DNA from: an uncultured Eubacteriales bacterium
GTDB taxonomy: Bacteria; Bacillota; Clostridia; Oscillospirales; Acutalibacteraceae
Length of the DNA: 64,000 nt
Reading direction: 5' to 3'
NCBI GenBank assembly: GCA_900315255.1
Contig: OMYH01000024.1
Location: 740-64,739 of the forward strand
Shown here: positions 8,341 through 18,878 of the stretch, piece by piece
How the letters are laid out: every line of letters starts with the position of its first letter
Numbering within the stretch: position 1 is the stretch's first letter
Translations under genes and position numbers: made by a program
The notes under the pieces: model-generated
Databases searched by the model: none
What the model was told of the DNA's origin: nothing
Seen by the model: the letters and a program-made list of their open reading frames with translations, nothing else

Positions 8341-11300
8341 TTAGAATTGATCTTCTTCACGTTTACGGCAAACTGCAAATACAAAGAGTGCCGTAAGCAT
8401 AGCCACTGCGTAACCAATAGCATTTCTGCTGTCGCCTGTCTTTACAGGATCTGCAGAGCCGCCGCCCGATTGCTGCGGAATAGGATTATTGACAACTGTT
8501 GTGGTTGTGGTCGGTGTTGTGTTCTGCTTGTTGTCAGTCTCCGTCTTAGGCGTATCGGAATCTTTCTTCTCTGCTGTTCCGCCGCCGATTTGTGTCTGCG
8601 ATGTATCGGTCGTCGGAGTATCGCTCGGGGTTTCGCTTGTTGTATCCGTCGTCGGTTCGGGAACAACTGTCGTATCTGTTTCAGGTTCCGGAACTACCGT
8701 CGTATCCGGGTTCGTCTCGGGAACTACCGTCGTATCGGGGTTCGTTTCGGGAACTACCGTTGTATCGGGGTTCGTCTCGGGAACTACCGTCGTATCCGTT
8801 TCACTCTCGGGTACTGTTGTATCCGTAGTCGTGTTGGTATCGGTGGTTATCTCGGGTTCGGAATCCTTCTCTACCGTTCCGCCCTCGATCTTGGTATTGT
8901 CGGAATCGGTTTCTGATACCGATTCTGTATCCGTTGTAGTTTCAGGTACTATAACATCGGTTGTTGTATCGGGTTCGGAATCCTTCTCGACCTCCGGTTC
9001 GATATCCGTGGTCGTATCGGGTTCAACATTCTCCGAAACAGGCTCAGAATCCTCTGAAACAGGCTCGGGATCGGGGATAATAACTATTACATCTACACTG
9101 TCATCGTCCTTTACGCCTTCCTTAGCCTCTGCGGTAACAGTGCTTGTTATTGTCGGATCCTCTGTGGAATAATCAACATCGGATACCTTTACCTCGTACT
9201 TAACAACTACAGTCTGACCCTTCTCTATTCTGTCGATAGTGAGCGTGTCGCCGTCAGCCGTGTACTTGGGATCGTAGCTGATAAACTTACCGGGGAGATC
9301 CTCTTTTACAATGACCTCTGTAAGAGCTGTGTCACCTGTGTTTGTGATAATATCCGTGTAAATGATCGTTCCGTCGGGTGTATATTCATACTCCGTAACA
9401 GTCTTAACGACCTTGATAGCTGCCGCATTTACGGGAACATCCTTCGTATCGTTATCGCTCACACCTTCAGCTGCAGCTGCCTTAACAGTTGTCGTGTGTA
9501 TAAAATCGGAAATATTCTCATTTGTAACTACTGTCGAGAATGTGAATGTATAGCTTTCTCCAACATCAAGCTTCGGAATAGTGAACGAGCTGCCGTCTGT
9601 TTCATACTCAACATCAAATGTTCCGTCAATGCTCTCTGTTACAACTACATTTGTAAGAGGAACATCTCCCTTGTTTGTGATAGTATCGGTCCAGACTACT
9701 GTTTCGCCGATCTTGTATGTTCTGCCGTCAACTGTCTTTGTAACCTCGATCTCGGGATCGATGATCAATGCAAAGTTTGTGTCTGTTGCAGATACCTTGT
9801 CGCTCGATTCGGCAATACTGTCTTCGCTTGCAGTTGCTGTAACTACACTCGTGACCCTGCCGTCAGCAACATTCTCATCATTTGCGGGTACTACATAATA
9901 GTAAGTGTAGCTCTCGCCGGGCGCAAGCTCTGCTATCATGATATGGTCGTTCATGATAACTGCACCGTTTGTCAGTGTGAATGTACCGTCCAGATCTTCG
10001 GTAACCTTTATGTTAGTAAGCTTTGTATTACCGTCATTGGTAACAATATTTGTGAATACAACATTGTCGCCCTTGCGGTAGTTCTGATTATCCACAAGCT
10101 TCGTTACGTTTATCGAATAGTGCACAACTTCAACGAGTGTGCTGTCATCGTCGCTTACACCTTCGTCCGCAGTTGCTGTCAAGTTATTGATTACCGTACC
10201 GTCTTCGGCGATCGGTGCATCCTTCGCATTGATAGTATAGAGAAGAGTTACGCTTTCACCCGGTTCGAGCTTATCGATCGTTACAGAACCATTCTTGTTG
10301 AGCGTACCGTCTGCGACGTCTGTATATCCGCCCTTTGTGAAGGCTTCTCGTACTACTACATTTGTAAGCGTTGTATCGCCTGTATTTGTTACGACATCAA
10401 TGAAGACAATATCCTCCAGGTCATTGTAAACCTTCTTCTCATATGTTGTACTTACCTTGATATCATATTCTGCCGGCTTAGGTGTATCCTGCGATTCAAC
10501 TCTATAGACATTTACCGTACAGGTATCGTCGTACGATACGTTCTGTGCCGTTTCAACATCTGCATTGTTAATGATAATATCATCAACCGCAACGCTTGTG
10601 GGAACCTTAAAGTAGAAGGTGTAGCTCTCGCCCGGCTTCAGATCGGGGATCTTCGCTGTTGTACCCATTGCGGTAAGACCGTCCTGCGGAACGTACTGTC
10701 CGATCAGATCCTGGTTTACAACCACATTCGTCAGCTTCGTTTCGCCTGTGTTCTTAACGGTCTCAGTGTATACTACTGTTTCGCTGTCTTTGTACAAAGG
10801 CTTATCGGGTGTCATTGTGATCTCAACTGCGGGAGTAAGCTCGAACTCGATCTCTCTCTCAACACTGTCACCAAGGATATTTGTACAATATACAACTATC
10901 TTGTTCTTTCTTGAAGAGTAATCTACAGCATTCTCCGGAACAACGAATGTAACATCATCGAACTTCTGATCCCTTGCGATCGTTGTTTCGTATGTTACTT
11001 CGTCCTGATCGTTGACAACCTTGATCGTGTAGCTGTTTACATAAACAACGTCGTCCTTCTTTGTTGTCTCTCTCTCGGGAGTATCTGATGTTTCAACAAC
11101 AAATCCCTCGTCAACAGGCTTTGTAAATGTAAGCTTGAAGGTGTTCTTGTCGAATGCCAGATCTTCAACAGGATCGGGTCGCGAAGCAAGCACAACCTCG
11201 CCCCATTTGTATTCGGTGTGGCGGAGAAGGCCTTTTTCGCCGGATAGTATATAAGAACTATTATTTTGACTAACTTCTCTCATGCTATATTGACTGTCAT

Positions 11301-13410
11301 ATTCGGTCGCAGTATTGTAGCTTCTTATAAACTCACCGTCAAGATAATATACATTTCCTTTATGCGCCCAAGTACCGTCCCTGTAATATGCACCTAATCG
11401 GGCATCTGAATAATCATAGTGTCCATTAATCTCTGTAGACATCATCATCACTTGATTAACGACATTATACGGTGTACCTTTTTCTTTGTTTTGCAACATA
11501 TCAAGCGGAAAACTGATTTGATACCCATCATAAGTATCTTCTATTATCTCGTCTGTGTTCTTTTTCACTCCGCTTTCAAAATCGCCGTACTTTGCATAGG
11601 CTGCAGCATCTGTATGAACCCATGTGCCTTTGACTCCTATACTTTCAGTATATGGAAGGAATGATTTAACTGAAATTTTGTCAGCATTATCAAAATCAGG
11701 CATATATGACTCGTTGCCAATAACGTTAAAGCCACACTCGTTAACAATCTCAAGGTATTTATTCATTAGCTCATAGTTATTACTCTTAAAGTCCAGTACA
11801 ATCTTTAAGGGAGAGTAAACATTAGTTTGATTGTAATAACGCCAACCACCGTTTTTATAAGAAGAACTTCTGACAGATCCTGTTCCGCCAAATTCAGCAT
11901 ATGTGTTTATTCTACCTCGATTGCCTGCAATACTTCGAATATCCCGGATGAAACCTGAACTAGTTCCTGTTTCATCCGGGATACTGGAATCATCATAAAC
12001 CCTTGTCCAGTTTGTGCTATAGTATAGTTGAATTCCATTCGATAAGTACCCGCTATTCCAGCCACCAACAGAATCCACACTATATTCAAAGCCTAATTCA
12101 TTGCTAGTACTGTTATAGTATTGATTATTGAAAGTAGCTTGAGCAGCTTTCGTTTCAAAGGAGTCACTAGAAAGCGCCTGCAGTTTGTCTAAGAAATTGC
12201 TGATATTTTCGTTAGAAGTTTCCCCACTTAGATCTACTGTAATCCTAAAAGGATTCGCAACAGAATAAGGATATAAATAAACATACTCCCAAGAATTATT
12301 AGAAAGATAGGACTTAACAGCATCATATCTACAATCGCTTTTATCTATCTCATTTCTAATGTTAATAGTATAATCTGTTCCCGGTATTCTCGTTAACCCA
12401 ATATTCTCCAATACATATCCGTTATCTATTAGGTCAAGCATCAACTCGTTACCGCCTGAATACGAAAATCTTTGTGCTGATTCAAGCATCCAGCCGCCGT
12501 TATTGTAGAACAACTCGTCAGGCAAGCTGACTAATTTTCCGTTAATCACTGCAACCCTGCCATAGCACATATGAAGTTGGTCCGGAGAATCAGCATGCTC
12601 TTGAAGCAATTGTGCTAAAATGTGTAGATCTTCTTCTGTTTCTTTAATACCTGATACACTTGTAACAGAACTATTATAATACTTGGTATAATCAAAATCG
12701 AATACTCTGCCTAAATCAGATGATCCATCTGACACCGCTTCAAGAGGTCTGTCAAAATCAACACTTGATTTTGTATTGAAAACAATATTATCGCCTACAC
12801 GGGTCTGTACTAGTTCTGTCATCTCTGACATCGTATTCATAGGAAGAACCACATTGTTATCACTGTCAATATCAACATAAAACCTGTTCGTCGTTGCTGA
12901 GCCTTTAGTTAGTTCAAATATAGCATTATCTATTTCAAGCATTGAATCGCTGTCTATATTTGTGCTGTGCGCAAGCTTAACGATAAGTGAACATAACGTT
13001 TGACTAATATTGCCTAATGTTGAAGTAATACTATAAAGTGCACCCGTTGTATAAAAGCTATATTGTATTTTTTCTATTTCCTTGTAGCTTTCATTATACT
13101 GGCTGGCAAAATATGTTTTATTGTCATTTACATACTCTGTATTATTCTCTCTTGCAGTATAATCTCCGTTTTCCAAATAGGTAAAAACATTATCTTCAAC
13201 CAATCCAACAACCTGAGAGTCAGAAGTGCCGTCAGAATAATTAATATTTACCTTAAATGAAGCTCGACGAAGCGAATAAACAACATCAGAAACAGAAGAT
13301 CGTCCCAACTTATAGGAGACTGCATCTTTGAGAGTAGAGCAATGTTGATATTCAGTGCCTCCCCAATTATTTTGATATGATACATATTCGTCAAACGAAC
13401 AAATAACCAT
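8341..13410 (-). CDS. Surface protein body: novel N-terminal region, about 8 DUF11/CARDB-like repeats, Thr/Pro/Glu-rich stalk and an LPXTG-like sorting signal (PVKTG + TM + RKREE)
   Basis: Repeated TN(T/D/K)G(D/N)T.LTNVVV motifs are typical of the DUF11 conserved repeat domain. The C-terminus is DPVKTGDSRNAIGYAVAMLTALFVFAVCRKREEDQF. There is no signal peptide at its own N-terminus. Confidence 0.8.
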   Translation of the reverse strand: MVICSFDEYVSYQNNWGGTEYQHCSTLKDAVSYKLGRSSVSDVVYSLRRASFKVNINYSDGTSDSQVVGLVEDNVFTYLENGDYTARENNTEYVNDNKTYFASQYNESYKEIEKIQYSFYTTGALYSITSTLGNISQTLCSLIVKLAHSTNIDSDSMLEIDNAIFELTKGSATTNRFYVDIDSDNNVVLPMNTMSEMTELVQTRVGDNIVFNTKSSVDFDRPLEAVSDGSSDLGRVFDFDYTKYYNSSVTSVSGIKETEEDLHILAQLLQEHADSPDQLHMCYGRVAVINGKLVSLPDELFYNNGGWMLESAQRFSYSGGNELMLDLIDNGYVLENIGLTRIPGTDYTINIRNEIDKSDCRYDAVKSYLSNNSWEYVYLYPYSVANPFRITVDLSGETSNENISNFLDKLQALSSDSFETKAAQATFNNQYYNSTSNELGFEYSVDSVGGWNSGYLSNGIQLYYSTNWTRVYDDSSIPDETGTSSGFIRDIRSIAGNRGRINTYAEFGGTGSVRSSSYKNGGWRYYNQTNVYSPLKIVLDFKSNNYELMNKYLEIVNECGFNVIGNESYMPDFDNADKISVKSFLPYTESIGVKGTWVHTDAAAYAKYGDFESGVKKNTDEIIEDTYDGYQISFPLDMLQNKEKGTPYNVVNQVMMMSTEINGHYDYSDARLGAYYRDGTWAHKGNVYYLDGEFIRSYNTATEYDSQYSMREVSQNNSSYILSGEKGLLRHTEYKWGEVVLASRPDPVEDLAFDKNTFKLTFTKPVDEGFVVETSDTPERETTKKDDVVYVNSYTIKVVNDQDEVTYETTIARDQKFDDVTFVVPENAVDYSSRKNKIVVYCTNILGDSVEREIEFELTPAVEITMTPDKPLYKDSETVVYTETVKNTGETKLTNVVVNQDLIGQYVPQDGLTAMGTTAKIPDLKPGESYTFYFKVPTSVAVDDIIINNADVETAQNVSYDDTCTVNVYRVESQDTPKPAEYDIKVSTTYEKKVYNDLEDIVFIDVVTNTGDTTLTNVVVREAFTKGGYTDVADGTLNKNGSVTIDKLEPGESVTLLYTINAKDAPIAEDGTVINNLTATADEGVSDDDSTLVEVVHYSINVTKLVDNQNYRKGDNVVFTNIVTNDGNTKLTNIKVTEDLDGTFTLTNGAVIMNDHIMIAELAPGESYTYYYVVPANDENVADGRVTSVVTATASEDSIAESSDKVSATDTNFALIIDPEIEVTKTVDGRTYKIGETVVWTDTITNKGDVPLTNVVVTESIDGTFDVEYETDGSSFTIPKLDVGESYTFTFSTVVTNENISDFIHTTTVKAAAAEGVSDNDTKDVPVNAAAIKVVKTVTEYEYTPDGTIIYTDIITNTGDTALTEVIVKEDLPGKFISYDPKYTADGDTLTIDRIEKGQTVVVKYEVKVSDVDYSTEDPTITSTVTAEAKEGVKDDDSVDVIVIIPDPEPVSEDSEPVSENVEPDTTTDIEPEVEKDSEPDTTTDVIVPETTTDTESVSETDSDNTKIEGGTVEKDSEPEITTDTNTTTDTTVPESETDTTVVPETNPDTTVVPETNPDTTVVPETNPDTTVVPEPETDTTVVPEPTTDTTSETPSDTPTTDTSQTQIGGGTAEKKDSDTPKTETDNKQNTTPTTTTTVVNNPIPQQSGGGSADPVKTGDSRNAIGYAVAMLTALFVFAVCRKREEDQF
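8660..8819. repeat. 30-bp coding tandem repeat (about 5 copies) encoding (TTVVPETNPD)n in the stalk of the surface protein
   Basis: The unit GGAACTACCGTCGTATC(C/G)GGGTTCGT(C/T)TCG repeats head to tail at 8660, 8690, 8720, 8750 and 8780. Confidence 0.85.
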
Positions 13411-13435
13411 ATCAAAATCTCTGACAATACGATAA

Positions 13436-13574
13436 TTAAGGAACCACTGATTAAATCACGTCCTTCGGACTGAGCACCAAATTTGCTTGCATCTTTTTGT
13501 CAAATTGCACTCAAAATCCTTGAAATACGTCGACGGTGCAACTTCGGCACTCGATTTAATCAGTGTCTCCTTAA
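13436..13574 (-). mobile_element. MITE-like repeat copy 3 (139 bp): arm B plus the terminal 43 nt of arm A, inserted inside the surface protein gene
   Basis: It starts TTAAGGAACCACTGATTAAATC and ends GATTTAATCAGTGTCTCCTTAA. It differs from copy 5 (18671..18811) by a 2-nt indel and one substitution at the internal junction. Confidence 0.9.
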
Positions 13575-13917
13575 TGTTACCAGTGAAATTCAGACCAATA
13601 ACATCATCGTTATATTCATAAGTTATACTTTGAATATCCTGGATTTTAAGATCGGTCATCTCGTCATTAAAAATCATATTGAAAACTTTAGTGTTTACAT
13701 TAGAATCATAGTGAACATTGCCTTTATAATAGCTACTAACGTTATTGTCGTAAATGCCGCTATAGACTAATGCCGGTACATTCACCACCTTCGGTAAATG
13801 ACTGTCTTCCTCTGCGCTTGCCGACAGTACCAAAACGCTCATCATCATACTCGTCAAAAGCATAACAATAAGCACGAATGCCAGCGACCGCTTACATTCT
13901 CTTCTAATGCTGTCCAT
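13456..13917 (-). CDS. N-terminal fragment of the surface protein (signal peptide plus about 110 aa) ending in a repeat-encoded tail
   Basis: The signal-like N-terminus is KRSLAFVLIVMLLTSMMMSVLVLSASAEE. The last 41 residues (KETLIKSSAEVAPSTYFKDFECNLTKRCKQIWCSVRRT...) are translated from repeat copy 3. Confidence 0.7.
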   Translation of the reverse strand: MDSIRRECKRSLAFVLIVMLLTSMMMSVLVLSASAEEDSHLPKVVNVPALVYSGIYDNNVSSYYKGNVHYDSNVNTKVFNMIFNDEMTDLKIQDIQSITYEYNDDVIGLNFTGNIKETLIKSSAEVAPSTYFKDFECNLTKRCKQIWCSVRRT

Positions 13918-14145
13918 AACATCACCATCCCTTTCTTAAATAAAAATGCACACTTTTCATTCGGCGAACACAACACCTTCACAAAGGCATCATATTCTTC
14001 TATATATTATACCATATGCGTTCACAAATTTCAATAATTGTTTTACTGTTTATATATTTTTAGTGAATACGCACATTTTATGTGTGCTTTAAATTCGCAT
14101 TAAGAATATTAAGGAGATGAAAAAAGTCAGAAGATGTCTTTTTTG

Positions 14146-15843
14146 TCAATTTTGACTATCTATGCTTTTCTTTATCTGTTCGAAAGTAACACCGTACTTT
14201 ACAGCAATATCTCTTGCGTAGCTCACGCCCTGCGGCGGTGCTACGCTGACCCTGAACGACCGTGCGCCGTTCTCAACACCCGTTACAAGACTCTCGACAC
14301 GGCTTTCACCCTCTGCCTCGTTATTGAACATTTCCAGATTCCGTGCAAGCTCGTGCATATGCGTGTTGAATATCGTTCTTGTTCCTATATATTTCATCGC
14401 CTTCACTACGTCCTTGGCGATATACAGACCCTCGGCGACGTTTGTTGTGGCAAGACTCTCGTTGAACAGCAGCAGACTTTCGTCTGTTGCCATACCGAAT
14501 ATTTCCGCTATCCTCTGCGACTCCTCTCCGAGTCTGCCGAGGTCTACCGTGTCGTTTTCGTCTGCCGGGAAATGAGTGTAGATATTGTCGCACGGACTGA
14601 ACCTGAACTCCTTTGCGGGAACGTAGATCCCGTTCTGAGCAAGCAGGAACGCAAGTCCGACAGCCTGTGTAAAGGTGGTTTTTCCGCCTCGGTTAGGACC
14701 CGTCATAATATATATCCTGCCTTTGTCGGAGAATTCAAAGTCATTGTCGATTATCTCGAATTCCTCGCCCTGCGAACGTTTTATCGCAAGCTTCAGATTG
14801 TAAATGCCGCTTGTGTAAAGCTCCCTGTTCCTTGTGTGAAGGACTTCCGCCTTGCACAGTGTGATGTTCTTTGACTGTATCTTTTCGATAAGCTCCGCCC
14901 AGCGAATGTAGAATATGATCTCCGGCACGAGCGATACAAGGGTAAATCCGCTTATTCCTATATACTTCTGAAGAGTATTCTTAATATCCTTAACAATTTT
15001 TTTCACCATCGCAGTAACAGTCTTTGTGAGGTTTGAAGACAGCTGATCCGAGCCTGTGGGAGCTTCGGTCTTCTGAATACTGTGTATGTCATTCTGAGCG
15101 CCGATAACCAGTCTGCCCATGCCGATCTTGCACGCCTTTTGATTCTGAGGGTGAAACGACTTCATGCTCGTGAAGGCCGTACCGGAATACAATTCATCTT
15201 TGTCAGCGGTAAAGCTCATGAAATTCTTCAGTATGCCGCTTTCTGTTATAATATGTGTGTTGAGTGAGATTATTCCGGCTTCGCTCGGTCGGAGCATATT
15301 ATCAAGGTTAACTCCGATAGTGATACTGCGTATCCGCTGTGCCTTTGACATAGCGTCGGCGATATCTTCTTTTATCTGCGGGAATCCCGTGTTGTCGTGA
15401 ATATCGGTCACGATCTCTTTAAGCCGCAGAAGCCCCTCGGAGCGTATGTCGATACTTTCAAGAGATGACTTTATGCTTGTGATGCAGTTCACGTAGCCGT
15501 CGATCTCACGCAGGCGGTTGATAAGCTGCCACAGGTCTGATGCGTCTGTATCCTTCTGGAACTTCTCTATCTCTCTGAGATCGGCAAGGTTTGCAAGCAG
15601 CTCGCCGAGTTCCGTGCGAAGATTCGGATTGCGGAGGAGATCGTCGAATATATCCCCCCGGTACTTGATGACACGCTCGTCATCAGTAATGTTAGTCATA
15701 AGATTCTTGATACTGTTGCGTTCAAAGATCTCCTGGCTGAGATTTTCGCATATGTAATCTACAGACAGATCGTTGACAGCCTGAGGGGTGAGTGTGCTGT
15801 ATTTGACATCAATATTTTCGGGTTGAAGCAAACTGAATTCCAT
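14146..15843 (-). CDS. MutS-family ATPase (MutS domain V only; no mismatch-binding or Smr domain recognisable)
   Basis: Walker A is MTGPNRGGKTTFTQAVG. A MutS-type Walker B/DE region (LLLFNESLATTN) and FNTHMHELA are present. The N-terminal 330 aa or so were not assignable by eye. Confidence 0.7.
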   Translation of the reverse strand: MEFSLLQPENIDVKYSTLTPQAVNDLSVDYICENLSQEIFERNSIKNLMTNITDDERVIKYRGDIFDDLLRNPNLRTELGELLANLADLREIEKFQKDTDASDLWQLINRLREIDGYVNCITSIKSSLESIDIRSEGLLRLKEIVTDIHDNTGFPQIKEDIADAMSKAQRIRSITIGVNLDNMLRPSEAGIISLNTHIITESGILKNFMSFTADKDELYSGTAFTSMKSFHPQNQKACKIGMGRLVIGAQNDIHSIQKTEAPTGSDQLSSNLTKTVTAMVKKIVKDIKNTLQKYIGISGFTLVSLVPEIIFYIRWAELIEKIQSKNITLCKAEVLHTRNRELYTSGIYNLKLAIKRSQGEEFEIIDNDFEFSDKGRIYIMTGPNRGGKTTFTQAVGLAFLLAQNGIYVPAKEFRFSPCDNIYTHFPADENDTVDLGRLGEESQRIAEIFGMATDESLLLFNESLATTNVAEGLYIAKDVVKAMKYIGTRTIFNTHMHELARNLEMFNNEAEGESRVESLVTGVENGARSFRVSVAPPQGVSYARDIAVKYGVTFEQIKKSIDSQN

Positions 15844-16280
15844 AATACAATTCCTCCTGTTATTTTTATATGGTACATCTTTGTCGGATCATTAACCTAT
15901 TCTTTAATCATATTATACACCATCAATCTAAAGAACATCTGAAGAAATCGGAATATTATAAAAAATTTTATTATTTATTATTTATCGCCTGAGAGCAGGC
16001 TTGCGTAGGGAGGGTTTGACCGTTGAGATAAATTTTCAGAAAACTATTCTATACTTTTTCTATAGAACTTTATATAAAAAGCTCCCCCCAACTATCCTGT
16101 ACTTGTTCCAATCAAAAAAGCTCAGGGTGAATTATTAAAAGCTTTTTACTTATAAAAATGAAACGGCAAACCGTGATTTCTCACACTAATTCATGACTCC
16201 TTATTCCTACCTAAAAACACTCTACACTCCAAACTGCTGTAATAATATTATCACAGCATTAATATAATTTCAAAGAGGTA

Positions 16281-16395
16281 TTAAGGAGACACTGATTAAA
16301 TCGAGTGCCGAAGTTGCGCCGTCAGATTTTTAGGCAAATTGTGCGAAAAATCCGCAGGAATACTGACGTATTTCAAGTAATAAGTGGTTCCTTAA
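16281..16395 (+). mobile_element. MITE-like repeat copy 4 (115 bp): full arm A, a TAATAA joint, and only the terminal 12 nt of arm B
   Basis: TTAAGGAGACACTG...GACGTATTTCAAG TAATAA GTGGTTCCTTAA. Arm A is identical or nearly identical to copy 1. Confidence 0.9.
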
Positions 16396-16436
16396 TTTCT
16401 ATCTTTGTAAACAATTTGTTAAAAGCAAAATACCCC

Positions 16437-16465
16437 TTGATTTTTTACGGAATATGGTATAGAAT
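16437..16465 (+). promoter_or_regulatory. Putative sigma-A promoter of groESL
   Basis: TTGATT (16437..16442), a 17-nt spacer, then TAGAAT (16460..16465). It lies immediately upstream of the CIRCE operator. Confidence 0.55.
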
Positions 16466-16469
16466 ATAC

Positions 16470-16496
16470 TTAGCACTCAAAGATAGAGAGTGCTAA
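16470..16496 (+). promoter_or_regulatory. CIRCE operator (HrcA binding site)
   Basis: TTAGCACTC-AAAGATAGA-GAGTGCTAA is a perfect match to the consensus TTAGCACTC-N9-GAGTGCTAA. It lies 34 nt upstream of the groES start. Confidence 0.95.
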
Positions 16497-16814
<318 letters not shown>

Positions 16815-16829
16815 TTTTTCAGGAGGTAA

Positions 16830-18461
<1,632 letters not shown>

Positions 18462-18492
18462 TAACAAACAACCTTCTTTCAAACATATATGG

Positions 18493-18522
18493 GCGAACCG
18501 TTTCGGCGGTTCGTTCTTTTGT
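18493..18522 (+). terminator. Rho-independent terminator after groEL
   Basis: Stem GCGAACCG / CGGTTCGT around a TTTCGG loop is followed by TCTTTTGTT. Confidence 0.65.
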
Positions 18523-18670
18523 TAAGGACGCCCGTACGCCAATATTACCCATCCTTGCTCTATTTTGATTTTGACCTGAAACTCGCAACCACTTGCATAG
18601 TATAGCATACTCTATTATAGTTATTGCCAAAGATGACACAACAAAACGTGATTCATAACAATTTTCAATT

Positions 18671-18811
18671 TTAAGGAACCACTGATTAAATCACGTCCTT
18701 CGGACTGAGCACCAAATTTGCTTGCATCTTTTTGTCAAATTGCACTCAAAATCCTTGAAATACGTCCTGACGGCGCAACTTCGGCACTCGATTTAATCAG
18801 TGTCTCCTTAA
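18671..18811 (-). mobile_element. MITE-like repeat copy 5 (141 bp): arm B plus the terminal 45 nt of arm A
   Basis: It has the same architecture as copy 3. It sits between the groEL terminator and the 3' end of the HD-domain gene. Confidence 0.9.
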
Positions 18812-18878
18812 ATTATCAGGAAGCTCCTCATTCCCGATTAAAAAAGGCAGACGATAATCACAACCGCCTGCCTTTTCA

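Larger units (their letters stand above)
8341..13917 (-). pseudogene. Giant cell-wall-anchored DUF11-repeat surface protein gene interrupted in frame by MITE-like repeat copy 3
   Basis: ORF 13456..13917 carries the signal peptide. ORF 8341..13410 carries the repeats and the sorting signal. The two ORFs share one reading frame and are separated only by a single TGA at 13456..13458, inside the 139-bp repeat. Confidence 0.75.

Noticed and set aside
8332-9172. Plus-strand ORFs (194 aa, 227 aa, 78 aa) rich in Cys/Arg or Val/Ser/Gly across the 3' end of the surface protein gene
   Set aside because: They are antisense or out-of-frame readings of the Thr/Pro/Glu tandem-repeat DNA. Their composition is a repeat artefact. 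The minus-strand frame carries a coherent sorting signal and domain repeats.
9496-10914. 472-aa plus-strand ORF
   Set aside because: It lies entirely antisense to the DUF11 repeat region. The sequence is Cys/Ile/Val-rich and nonsense-like, with no start context. Long antisense ORFs are expected opposite repetitive coding DNA with few stop-complement codons.
13456-13458. The TGA inside repeat copy 3 as a possible recoded (Sec/Trp) codon that would keep the surface protein intact
   Set aside because: TGA is used as an ordinary stop elsewhere in the window, for example in folE. No SECIS-like hairpin follows immediately. The same TGA terminates the kinase ORF in copy 7.
16235-16258. The near-perfect palindrome TGCTGTAATAATATTATCACAGCA in the long MutS-groES intergenic region
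   Set aside because: It is a single AT-rich occurrence with no adjacent promoter or gene start that it could obviously control. I note it under the groESL finding but do not call it a feature.
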